DNA of 64,000 nt, taken from NCBI GenBank assembly GCA_046328035.1, contig JAXLXI010000003.1, positions 73,547 to 137,546 on the forward strand, read 5' to 3'. A program made the translations under genes and the position numbers. The notes beneath the pieces are model-generated. The model saw only the letters and a list, made by a program, of their open reading frames with translations. It was not told the DNA's origin and searched no databases. Below are positions 9,586 through 17,743 of the stretch, one piece after another; the stretch's first letter is position 1, and every line of letters begins with the position of its first letter. This DNA is from Candidatus Obscuribacterales bacterium. Lineage in GTDB: Bacteria; Cyanobacteriota; Vampirovibrionia; Obscuribacterales; Obscuribacteraceae.

Positions 9586-9930
9586 CTACTTGGTTTCAGC
9601 TTCCTTTTTGGCATCTTCGGCCGGTTTGGATTCGCCGGCTTTGTCGGTCTTGCCATGCTTCTTGGCGTTGCCGTAGTGGCATCCGCACGGATATGTGCAA
9701 CCGCCGCCTCTGTTTTTGCCAGGACCTTTTTTCTTGCCGGCAGGCTTGGCTTCTTCTTTCTTGGTGTCGTCTTTCTTATCGGTGTCGGCCAGGTTGGTTC
9801 CCTTTTCAGCGATTGCCATTCCGGTCGATTTGGCTGCTACTGCCGGTTGACCTGAGCTGACCAGAACACCAGAGCTGACGCTGATCGCTGCGAGCAATAC
9901 CGTCAAATCGGTCTTGTTCAATTTTTCCAT
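9586..9930 (-). CDS. Putative RiPP precursor peptide. It is Sec-secreted, Lys/Glu-rich and carries a single CTYPCGCHYG core motif.
   Basis: The ATG at 9930 is preceded by GGAGG at a 5-nt spacing. The ORF-track start at 9942 is a TTG. The signal peptide is MEKLNKTDLTVLLAAISVSSGVLVSSGQPAVAA. The remainder has three Cys in a 7-residue window. It sits 15 nt upstream of the next gene. Confidence 0.65.
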   Translation of the reverse strand: MEKLNKTDLTVLLAAISVSSGVLVSSGQPAVAAKSTGMAIAEKGTNLADTDKKDDTKKEEAKPAGKKKGPGKNRGGGCTYPCGCHYGNAKKHGKTDKAGESKPAEDAKKEAETK

Positions 9931-10046
9931 TCTGTCCTCCAATTCCTATAACTCAGGGAAGGTTACTTCCCTTATGGCGGGCCAAAACAGATTATCGTCG
10001 GCAGATAACGATTTGCCCATATGTTTCTACAAAAAATTCCTTGGCT

Positions 10047-12164
10047 TTATCTAATGACAAGCCTGAGAGTCGTCGTGGTCCACTCGTCAAGCGAGTTGCT
10101 GTCTTCCTCGCTGACGCCCAGATCGCGGGTGTTGTGACCACCGACGCTGCGGCGGAAAAGTTCTTCCAGCGCCGTACCGGGACCGGACGGAGCAGCACGG
10201 CTGACGCCAGACTGTCCAAGTATGGTGAAATCAGCCGGCTTGGTTGTGACGATAAATTTGAGGGTCTCCACTCCCAGGGGCGGCTTGATGCTAAGCAAGC
10301 GCTTCTGTGCCGGCCACCGGAAAGTACCTTTAGGAGGCAGCGGATATTTGGCATTGTCCGGCGGATAGAGCACAGCGATGCTGCCGCTGGTCTCAATTGC
10401 CAAAATAGCGATGTAGATATTTTCGTCCGTGGTGTTGGTCAACTTGAGTCGCAACTTGTCCCCCACGTGCACGGTGGGCACAAGTTGATTTCCTGGAACG
10501 GGATCTTCTTTGAAGGTCGGCTCGCCCCATTCGTCTTTACCAAGTGGGGTAACTTTCAGCACTTCGATCTTCAGAGCGCCCTTGAGAGGCGAGACTTGAT
10601 TATCGAGAGCCAACACGCGCTGCTGTCGAGCTCCCTTTTCCAGAGCGCTGGCTATGGTGTCGGCAGCGTGTGGATCGTTTTCATCCACCCAGACATCAAA
10701 GAGCGGCGCACCATCCTTAGTGGCAATGAAGTAACCGTTGCCTTTGGCGTCACGAGTGCCGGCGGAACTTTTCTCCTGCTGGAAGTTATTGTATGTGTCC
10801 TTCACGACAGACATGTCCCAGCCGCCGGCGTCGCGTGTTTTGAACGGATCAGCGGTTTTGCTGGCAATTTTGACCAGTTTGGGGTCGACCGAATCAGTCA
10901 GGCCCTTGGTGAACTGCTGCCAGCTGGCTGAGTTCGTTTCTCCAGGAACGGCATTGAATGCTGTCACATTGAGCGGACCGGCGCCGAAGTGCGGCGTGAC
11001 GATTTTGGCTTTGGCCGACTTCAACGCTTCCTGATCAACGCCTGCCGGTCTTTCGATGGTGGCACTGAGTGCATTGCAATCTTTGGCGCTGGCGACACCC
11101 AACAAATCTTTGTTGCCGCGCAGCTGAGTTGCTTCCTTTTTATAGAACGCCACCAGCGTGCCTGGATCGATCCCCTGCAGAGAACCGGCGGCAATGGTGA
11201 TGCTCTTGTCGGTGACTTCCGAAACTGGAATGTACGGATCGGCTCGATCGGTTGCATCGCCGAATATGAAACGGTCGATGTCGCCTTCGATTTGCGGATG
11301 CTGATTGGAACGGTTGCCCGTCACTCCCGTTGCCACCGCTCCCCACAAGTCGCGATATGTAGTACCGGCGTTCGCCTGCTCAAGCGCATCAATCAAGTTT
11401 ATTGTCAGAAGTCCATTGGCACGGTCACCCTGCGGAGTATCGGTGTCGGACTCGCCGGCAGTCTCGTTGGGCAAGCATCCCGCCATTGACACATAAGTAG
11501 CCGGTGGAGCGCTTTTGGCGTCCTTTGGTTTTTGTGGAGGTTGCGGTCTGTCATCAGTCTCGGCCTTGCGCAGTCTCACACTCACGGTCGCGTCTCGAAC
11601 ATTGGAGCCGGAGTGGCAGCAATCAGTGATTATGGTGATGTTTTTCGTATATTGACCGAGCTGGTTGATCAGGTCTTCCAGATCGTCGTCGGTAAGGTCG
11701 TAGTGATCAGGCTGGCGAGAATCTACCGGCACGAGAGTTTCATCCATACCGTCCTCCTCATCGCCGTTCATGTCGGGCACCTGAGAGCCATGCCCGCTGT
11801 AATGAAACACACAGATGGCATTCGGATTTGCTTTGGCATTCTCAATCAATTGAGCCTTGAACGCATCAACGATGGCTTGTCTGGTTGCCTGGCGCGAGAG
11901 CAAGACTTTTATATGTTTGTCGTCATCAGGAAACCCGAAGCGTGTCGTGAGAAGCTTGCGCATGTCCTTCGCATCGTTTTCACAACCATCCAGCTTTTCC
12001 AGGCGTTTGGAGATGTAGTCATCAATGCCAATCAAAAGGGCAAACTTGTTTTGATTGCCCGGCTGCTGGGGAGCGTCAGCTGCGGCAGCCATACGAATCG
12101 GTCCGAGTACCGCCACCAGCATCACGCAAAGTGCCACCACTGGAGAGATCAGATGTCGTTTCAT
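10047..12164 (-). CDS. Secreted peptidase C14 (caspase/metacaspase-fold) domain protein with a roughly 450-aa C-terminal extension of unknown function
   Basis: It has a signal peptide. Caspase signatures present are FALLIGIDDY, HYSGHGSQ and DCCHSG. Confidence 0.8.
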   Translation of the reverse strand: MKRHLISPVVALCVMLVAVLGPIRMAAAADAPQQPGNQNKFALLIGIDDYISKRLEKLDGCENDAKDMRKLLTTRFGFPDDDKHIKVLLSRQATRQAIVDAFKAQLIENAKANPNAICVFHYSGHGSQVPDMNGDEEDGMDETLVPVDSRQPDHYDLTDDDLEDLINQLGQYTKNITIITDCCHSGSNVRDATVSVRLRKAETDDRPQPPQKPKDAKSAPPATYVSMAGCLPNETAGESDTDTPQGDRANGLLTINLIDALEQANAGTTYRDLWGAVATGVTGNRSNQHPQIEGDIDRFIFGDATDRADPYIPVSEVTDKSITIAAGSLQGIDPGTLVAFYKKEATQLRGNKDLLGVASAKDCNALSATIERPAGVDQEALKSAKAKIVTPHFGAGPLNVTAFNAVPGETNSASWQQFTKGLTDSVDPKLVKIASKTADPFKTRDAGGWDMSVVKDTYNNFQQEKSSAGTRDAKGNGYFIATKDGAPLFDVWVDENDPHAADTIASALEKGARQQRVLALDNQVSPLKGALKIEVLKVTPLGKDEWGEPTFKEDPVPGNQLVPTVHVGDKLRLKLTNTTDENIYIAILAIETSGSIAVLYPPDNAKYPLPPKGTFRWPAQKRLLSIKPPLGVETLKFIVTTKPADFTILGQSGVSRAAPSGPGTALEELFRRSVGGHNTRDLGVSEEDSNSLDEWTTTTLRLVIR

Positions 12165-12203
12165 AGCTCGATTCCTTCATCCTGTTGGATGGCGTTGACT
12201 GAC

Positions 12204-13136
12204 TTAGGGCGATGGGTCTGAGGGTTTTGCAAAAAGCACGGCATCGCTGCCGCTCCACCGGCTGTAGTTCACCGTGGGATGCTGTTCGTGCATGCGCAGC
12301 CTGGCTGCCATAATCACTTGCTGGCGTGTTTCCTCAAAAGCAGTCTTGAGTTTTCCGTCGTATTTGGCCAGGTTTTCCAAAAGATAGTGAGTGAAAAGCC
12401 CGCTCTCGTTAAAATCGTCATCTACAGATGTTTCATTGGCAGAGCAGGCGGTGACAGCAATCTGTCCGGCACCGATGACGTCGGTGGTCGCTGCGGCGTC
12501 TCTGGTTTTGACGTTGCCGGAAAAACAGGTATCAACGATGATGACGACTCGATCTGAGGGGAGCGATTGTTTGATCATGCGACCCAGCTCTTGCATGCTC
12601 AATCCCGTGCTCTTCGGATTTCGATCGTCGAAGTCGTAGGTGAGAATGTAATTTTCGCCGTTCTTGTCCGAGAATGACGTGCTGCCGTGGCTGGAGAAGT
12701 ACACGACCACCAGGTCGTCGGGGCGTACGACGTTTTTCAGCCAACCCGAGCCCAGGTAATAACGAATTTTTTCGCCAGTGGCTTGCGAGTTCAACAAGAC
12801 TTTCACGTGGCTGGGGGCAAATCCGGCTTTGTAAATCAGGAAATTGCGCACGTCGACGGCATCCTTGACGCTGAACGTGAGCGAGTCGGCGCGAGCCGGG
12901 AGAACCAGGCGAGGAGTAGTGGACGTGCCTTTCTCGATGTGAGCGCCGAGCAAATCGACTGTGGGAAACTCGCTAACTCCAATCAGCAATGCCCACTTAT
13001 CGGTGACCGGGCGATCGACAGAAGCGGCTGCCGGAGCGGCTGCCTCAGTTTTTTCCGACGCTGCGCGCACCGGTCCGAGGGTGGGCACGAGCAGTGCTGC
13101 CAGCAAAAGGTAGAAGCGCAATTTCGAAAACGACAT
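12204..13136 (-). CDS. Secreted caspase-like (peptidase C14 fold) protein
   Basis: WALLIGVSEF, YFSSHGS and VDTCFSG provide the His/Cys dyad context. The signal peptide is MSFSKLRFYLLLAALLVPTLG. The ATG at 13136 is preferred over the GTG at 13163. Confidence 0.7.
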   Translation of the reverse strand: MSFSKLRFYLLLAALLVPTLGPVRAASEKTEAAAPAAASVDRPVTDKWALLIGVSEFPTVDLLGAHIEKGTSTTPRLVLPARADSLTFSVKDAVDVRNFLIYKAGFAPSHVKVLLNSQATGEKIRYYLGSGWLKNVVRPDDLVVVYFSSHGSTSFSDKNGENYILTYDFDDRNPKSTGLSMQELGRMIKQSLPSDRVVIIVDTCFSGNVKTRDAAATTDVIGAGQIAVTACSANETSVDDDFNESGLFTHYLLENLAKYDGKLKTAFEETRQQVIMAARLRMHEQHPTVNYSRWSGSDAVLFAKPSDPSP

Positions 13137-13223
13137 AGTTGTATGCCTGGGTTGATCGTGCACATATTAAGACGAAATGCGAAAATGACGCGAGGTTGTG
13201 AACAATTTCTCGTCTGCCGGAGT

Positions 13224-14312
13224 ATGGAAAGACCGATGCTATCTAACAAATTCACTCGGTTCGGGAAAATTGTGCCGGCAGCATTGGCCCTGTTATTCAC
13301 CATAGCGACTTGCCAAGCGCAGGGATCTCAAGATGCCAAAACGGCAAGCACGCTGAAGCGAATGGCATTTTCCAGCGCCGACCAAAATTTGCCTGTGACT
13401 GCACTGCAGGGCAAATGGCGGGCGACCAGATCGATTGAATCGGAAGCGATTCAGAGAGCAAGAGAGAAGATCAATAAAGGAAACTGGGAAGCTGCCATCG
13501 TTGATTTGAACGAAGCGTTGAAAGCCGACCCCAAGAACGTCACCGCTTTGACCTGGCGCGGATTTGCTCGACTGAAACTAAACGAAACCAACTACGCGCT
13601 TGCTGACCTCAGCGAGGCGCTCAAGTACGACGATGAGAATGCCGATGCCTTGACATTTCGAGGCTGGACCAAAACCAGCATGGGTGATGCCGATGGAGGC
13701 ACTGAAGACTGCACCCACGCCATCAAGCTGCACCAGAATGCACAGGCGTTCTACATTCGCGGCAAAGGACACTCGATGTCCAACAATGCCATAGCAGCAG
13801 TGTTGGACGAAGACAAAGCTTTGAAGTTGGACCCGAACCTCGCCGATGCCTGGCAAATCAAAGGGCAGTGCCGGCTGACTCTGGGCGATGCAGCCGTGGC
13901 GATCAGTGACTTCAGCGAAGCAATTAAAAAAGATCCCAGCCCACGCTATTACCTGGACAGAGCACGAGCTTATTTGCTTTGCGATCAATTCGACAAGGCG
14001 TTGCCTGACCTGACCAAGGCAGCGGAAGGCATGCCGAATTCACCGGTGGCTTACATGTTTCGCGCGCTGGCTTATTTGGGACTGAAAAACGTTCCTAAAG
14101 CGCTGGAGGATGCACAGCATTCCGTCGAGCTTGCGCCCGATTCTCCAAGGGCACATCGCATTCTGGCTTATGCACTCGAAGATAGCGGTGATATCACCGG
14201 TGCCACCGCCGAATACGACAAGGCTTCCAAACTCTACTCGTCCGACGACGATCAAGAAGACATGCAGAGCTGCGTAAAACGTCTGAAGAGTGCCACCGCT
14301 GCGACGGAGTAG
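13224..14312 (+). CDS. Secreted TPR-repeat protein
   Basis: The signal peptide is MLSNKFTRFGKIVPAALALLFTIATCQA. It has multiple 34-aa TPR-like repeats, for example AxxDxxEALK. The long upstream ORF extension runs antisense to the caspase gene and was rejected. Confidence 0.7.
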   Translation: MERPMLSNKFTRFGKIVPAALALLFTIATCQAQGSQDAKTASTLKRMAFSSADQNLPVTALQGKWRATRSIESEAIQRAREKINKGNWEAAIVDLNEALKADPKNVTALTWRGFARLKLNETNYALADLSEALKYDDENADALTFRGWTKTSMGDADGGTEDCTHAIKLHQNAQAFYIRGKGHSMSNNAIAAVLDEDKALKLDPNLADAWQIKGQCRLTLGDAAVAISDFSEAIKKDPSPRYYLDRARAYLLCDQFDKALPDLTKAAEGMPNSPVAYMFRALAYLGLKNVPKALEDAQHSVELAPDSPRAHRILAYALEDSGDITGATAEYDKASKLYSSDDDQEDMQSCVKRLKSATAATE

Positions 14313-14322
14313 CGATCGGGGT

Positions 14323-15069
14323 CTACAGACCGAGTAGCGTGCGCAGCGTGGACGGAACAGACACAGGCTTGTTGATTTCGACCTGTCCCTGGCTGAGTCC
14401 GGTTTGCCGTACCAGTTGTTCATATTGATGTCTGGCATGCGGATCGGGGACATCTTCCATGTTCATGCGCACCAGGTGAAATTGCAGGAGTTCATCGCCG
14501 CGCTTGATAGTCAGATCCACGGCTTGCCCTTCGACGCCGCAGCTAAAAACCCAGGTCGGAATTGAGGGATCTTTGATGCCCGCGTCCTCTGCTTCCTCTT
14601 CGTCCACAATGATCAGGTCGCCCAATCTAATTCCCGCCTTTTCAGCCGGACATCCGGGAATCAGCACCGTGATTTTTGCGAACTGCGTGAAGTAGGTGCG
14701 ATCGCTGTCGTATCCGAGGACACCAATGCCGAGGTCGCGGTAGTCTTCGGAGGTAAGTTTGGCGCGCAGCGCCAGTTTCTTCAATGCCGCTTCGCGCCTC
14801 GCGGCTCGATCGGCAGGGCTGGCCGGTTGCGTTTGCAATGTTCCAGCATCCGTAGAAGATGCTGAACCGAGCGCATCCCCTTTTTCAACTGCGCCCTTCA
14901 AGGTCGGCGTTGCGGCGGGCGCATCCTCCGCGGCAGTTTGCGTATCGACGGCAGCTTCTTGCTTTTGCAGGGACGGCAAATCTCCAGCGAACGCAGCAGG
15001 CGCAAATTGCGCGCTCAGCAGCATTGGCATCAGTAGCTGGACCAGAAACCGGTTCTTTTCGCTTGTCAT
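14323..15069 (-). CDS. Secreted PDZ-domain protein
   Basis: It has a signal peptide. The PDZ-like segment is GIGVLGYDSD...GIRLGDLIIV. Confidence 0.6.
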   Translation of the reverse strand: MTSEKNRFLVQLLMPMLLSAQFAPAAFAGDLPSLQKQEAAVDTQTAAEDAPAATPTLKGAVEKGDALGSASSTDAGTLQTQPASPADRAARREAALKKLALRAKLTSEDYRDLGIGVLGYDSDRTYFTQFAKITVLIPGCPAEKAGIRLGDLIIVDEEEAEDAGIKDPSIPTWVFSCGVEGQAVDLTIKRGDELLQFHLVRMNMEDVPDPHARHQYEQLVRQTGLSQGQVEINKPVSVPSTLRTLLGL

Positions 15070-15333
15070 CACGACGTCCTACAACAAGGGTAATGACCTG
15101 AGCGAGGCCGATATTAGGGGAGTTGTACCCGCCGAAAAGTTTAAATTCAGCACACCTGCCACCATGGAGTGACTGACACCCGAAGCAATGCAATGTATTC
15201 AGTCATCTCTTCGGTTGATACCGCCAATGGTGTCAGCCCATGGTGCGACTCCTCTTCTTCAGCACCATATTCCTTCAGTCGGGACGTCGAGCATCATCTA
15301 CACGACAATCTACCGGCTCCGCGTGCCGATATA

Positions 15334-15642
15334 ATGAGTGTCTCGGCGAGGAGGCACCGTTCGACAGTGAACTTCGACACCATTATTCCGGTGGGAGGGC
15401 TCGTCCTCTCGATCGTGCTGACGCTGTACGGCGTTATGGGACTGCAAACCGGTGAGGTCACCGGTCAGAGTATGGCGTTTTACACCAAGCAGACCTACAC
15501 CGGAAAGAATGCGTCCATGCTCTCCATTGCCTGGATAGTCTGCGGATTGCTGGGCACTGTGGCTTTTGGCGGTCACCTGGCGGGTTTCAGACCTGCCTCC
15601 CCGCTCTATAACTTCTTCATGGACATGCTCAAATCAGGCTGA
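15334..15642 (+). CDS. Small two-TM membrane protein, hypothetical
   Basis: The ORF contains hydrophobic helices. The start was chosen at an internal ATG. Confidence 0.3.
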   Translation: MSVSARRHRSTVNFDTIIPVGGLVLSIVLTLYGVMGLQTGEVTGQSMAFYTKQTYTGKNASMLSIAWIVCGLLGTVAFGGHLAGFRPASPLYNFFMDMLKSG

Positions 15643-15782
15643 AGCAGCCAATGCTGAGACAGGACTAATCAGCCGGAGCCTGCTCAGTGCTGCTTTTACG
15701 AAAGACGGCTTGGGTCGTCTTGGGGTACTATTTTGCCTGGCAATCCCCGTCCCTGCCTTGGTTGGAGGCAAGGGAAGTGAAC

Positions 15783-16442
15783 ATGCAGCAAACCACGACG
15801 AGTGGGCAAACGACACAGCGTCCCGATGAGGACATTCGTGTTCCTACAGTTAAGGAACATCTGCTGCGCGTTTTCGGGCATAAACGGGGCGAATCTTTAT
15901 ATGGGTCCGAGGGCGACAAGCTTGCCGCGCAGTACCCGCAAAAAAAGTGGAACTGGGTGCTCGGATATGACGAGCCGATACCCCTGTTTTTGGAACAGAG
16001 TCGGCAAAATCAGGCTAAAGCTTACTGCGTGCTAATCGGAGCAGCTCTGATCACGGTCTTTATGCTCTCCAGTTTTGTGAGGTCCGCCAATAACGAAAGC
16101 GGCTATAACCCATCGGGTGAACTGTCTCCGGCAGAACGCCTGTTGATGAACACCGCCCAACAGTCGTTGGGTGTATCGGACAAAGCGATGCGCGATTACT
16201 ATGCACCACCGGTGGAGCAGGCACCACCTCCGCCTGAACAAACGTCGGCGACTGAGCAGCAGGCGCCACCACAACAGCACCACCCGCCGTCGATGCGCAC
16301 CTTCGGGTTGCGCGCGCAGCAGCAAGCGCAAATGCAACAACAGCAATATGGCGGCGAAATGCCTATGCAGCAGCAACAGCAGTATGGAATGCCGGCGCAA
16401 CAAGGTCAACCCCAGCGGTTCCAAGTCTACGTGTCTCGCTGA
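15783..16442 (+). CDS. Hypothetical membrane protein with a Gln/Pro-rich low-complexity C-terminus
   Basis: GGAGG lies before the ATG at 15783. There is one TM segment. The tail has QQQ..., MQQQQYG and similar repeats. Confidence 0.5.
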   Translation: MQQTTTSGQTTQRPDEDIRVPTVKEHLLRVFGHKRGESLYGSEGDKLAAQYPQKKWNWVLGYDEPIPLFLEQSRQNQAKAYCVLIGAALITVFMLSSFVRSANNESGYNPSGELSPAERLLMNTAQQSLGVSDKAMRDYYAPPVEQAPPPPEQTSATEQQAPPQQHHPPSMRTFGLRAQQQAQMQQQQYGGEMPMQQQQQYGMPAQQGQPQRFQVYVSR

Positions 16443-16446
16443 CCCG

Positions 16447-16842
16447 ATGTTGCTGACGCCGGTAATTGATGTTCGAGTAAAGCACACCATGCTCCTGCTC
16501 TGCTGCGTAATCTTCATGTTCGCGAGCGGAATGTTGGAGGAAGCATTCTTCTCAGACCTGATAGACAGTCCCGCGCCACTTGCTTTTGACGCTGGCAAGT
16601 GGCGCACAGGCGGCAACAAGTTGCGTGAATGCATGGCAGAGGACATCAAACAAAATCATCGACTTCATGGATTACATCGGCAGCAAGTGATTGAGCTGCT
16701 CGGACCAGAAGATGGGTGTCACATTGAGCAACGTCCCGAAAGTCTAACTTATAGCTTGGGTCCTTACCTTTTTGACACACTTTGGCTCACCATTGAGTTC
16801 AAGAACGAACAGGTTGAAAGTTGCCTGATCTGGGTCGATTGA
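16447..16842 (+). CDS. Hypothetical small protein
   Basis: The ORF has a hydrophobic N-terminus. No domain was recognised. Confidence 0.35.
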   Translation: MLLTPVIDVRVKHTMLLLCCVIFMFASGMLEEAFFSDLIDSPAPLAFDAGKWRTGGNKLRECMAEDIKQNHRLHGLHRQQVIELLGPEDGCHIEQRPESLTYSLGPYLFDTLWLTIEFKNEQVESCLIWVD

Positions 16843-16887
16843 ACTTAGCTCCTGTACAATTGGAATTCCGCCGCCGCACCAACGAGG

Positions 16888-17604
16888 TTGAGTATGCTCC
16901 CCGTCAAGAACATGATCGCGGTACGCAGCATTGCCATTGCGGTGCTTGTGGCAACTTTGCTTTCCTCCTGTGGCGCGATCACAAAGGTGACGCCGACAAA
17001 AGTGGAGGACGGTCCGGAGCAGCGTGCCGAACTTGAAAAACTGGAAAAGCAAGGTTTGGAGTTGATGGTATCAGAGCACTACGCCGAGGCAGAGCCAGTG
17101 CTGAAGCGCAGGGAAGAGTTGTGGACCAGCATCTACGGGAAGAATGACGCGTTGATGTCGGACGTACCCTCCGCGATTCAGAAAAACATGGATAACGGGC
17201 TGCCCGACCCTCCGAATTTCGATCAACTCGCAGAGTGCTATGAAGCACAGGGCAAGTTCGCCGTTGCGGAACCATTGAGACGAACCATTCTCCAGGCTCA
17301 CCAACAAAATGGTCAGCAGAAAGACCAACTCCAGACAAACTACTGGTCGCAGTTCGACAAACTTGCTGCCAACCTGGCCGCGCAGAAGAAATACGACGAG
17401 GCCGTTCAGCTCTATAAAAAGTCGATTGACATGAAAACTGCTCAGCTGAGGCCGGAGCAGTTTCCGCGTGCCGGCGCGTACGAATCAATGAAGTTTGACA
17501 TGAGCGCGGATGAATATGCGGCACTCGCCAAAATCTATCGCCAACAAGGGCGCTCGGACGAAGCAACAGCTCTTGAGAAACAGCTGCAAAAAGCCCATCA
17601 CTGA
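16888..17604 (+). CDS. Lipoprotein, hypothetical, with helical/TPR-like content
   Basis: It has a signal peptide with the lipobox LLSSC. Confidence 0.55.
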   Translation: MSMLPVKNMIAVRSIAIAVLVATLLSSCGAITKVTPTKVEDGPEQRAELEKLEKQGLELMVSEHYAEAEPVLKRREELWTSIYGKNDALMSDVPSAIQKNMDNGLPDPPNFDQLAECYEAQGKFAVAEPLRRTILQAHQQNGQQKDQLQTNYWSQFDKLAANLAAQKKYDEAVQLYKKSIDMKTAQLRPEQFPRAGAYESMKFDMSADEYAALAKIYRQQGRSDEATALEKQLQKAHH

Positions 17605-17743
17605 AGCATTGCCAGCCAGAATACGCAGCGCCTTATCCTGACAACGCCGCACGAGGCGAACGTGACAGGAAACTAGGGCTTGGTCGGCGATTTTGCGATA
17701 TCCTTGCACATCGGTGTAAGTCTGAATCGCGGAGGGACATGCG

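Noticed and set aside
9586-9930. Possibility that the precursor is a bufferin (DUF2282) or methanobactin MbnA
   Set aside because: There is no EGKCG or multi-Cys DUF2282 pattern. It has a Sec signal and an 80-aa charged region, unlike MbnA. I therefore treat it as a distinct class. This is based on motif inspection only.
9942-9942. ORF-track start codon of the precursor ORF
   Set aside because: The codon is a TTG without an RBS. The ATG at 9930 has GGAGG at optimal spacing.
9955-9970. GGGAAGgttaCTTCCC hairpin as a terminator separating the caspase gene from the precursor
   Set aside because: The stem is only 6 bp and there is no U-tract. The evidence is insufficient, so operon continuity is left open.
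10041-10931. 296-aa ORF on the plus strand
   Set aside because: It lies entirely antisense within the well-supported caspase-domain gene 10047-12164. It has no recognisable motifs.
12687-13223. Long N-terminal extension of the TPR ORF (ORF track 12687-14312)
   Set aside because: The extension runs antisense through the caspase-like gene 12204-13136. The signal peptide and RBS-compatible ATG at 13224/13236 define the real start.
16032-16649. 205-aa minus-strand ORF
   Set aside because: It is antisense to the Q-rich gene. Its Arg/Leu-rich composition is typical of a reverse-frame artefact.
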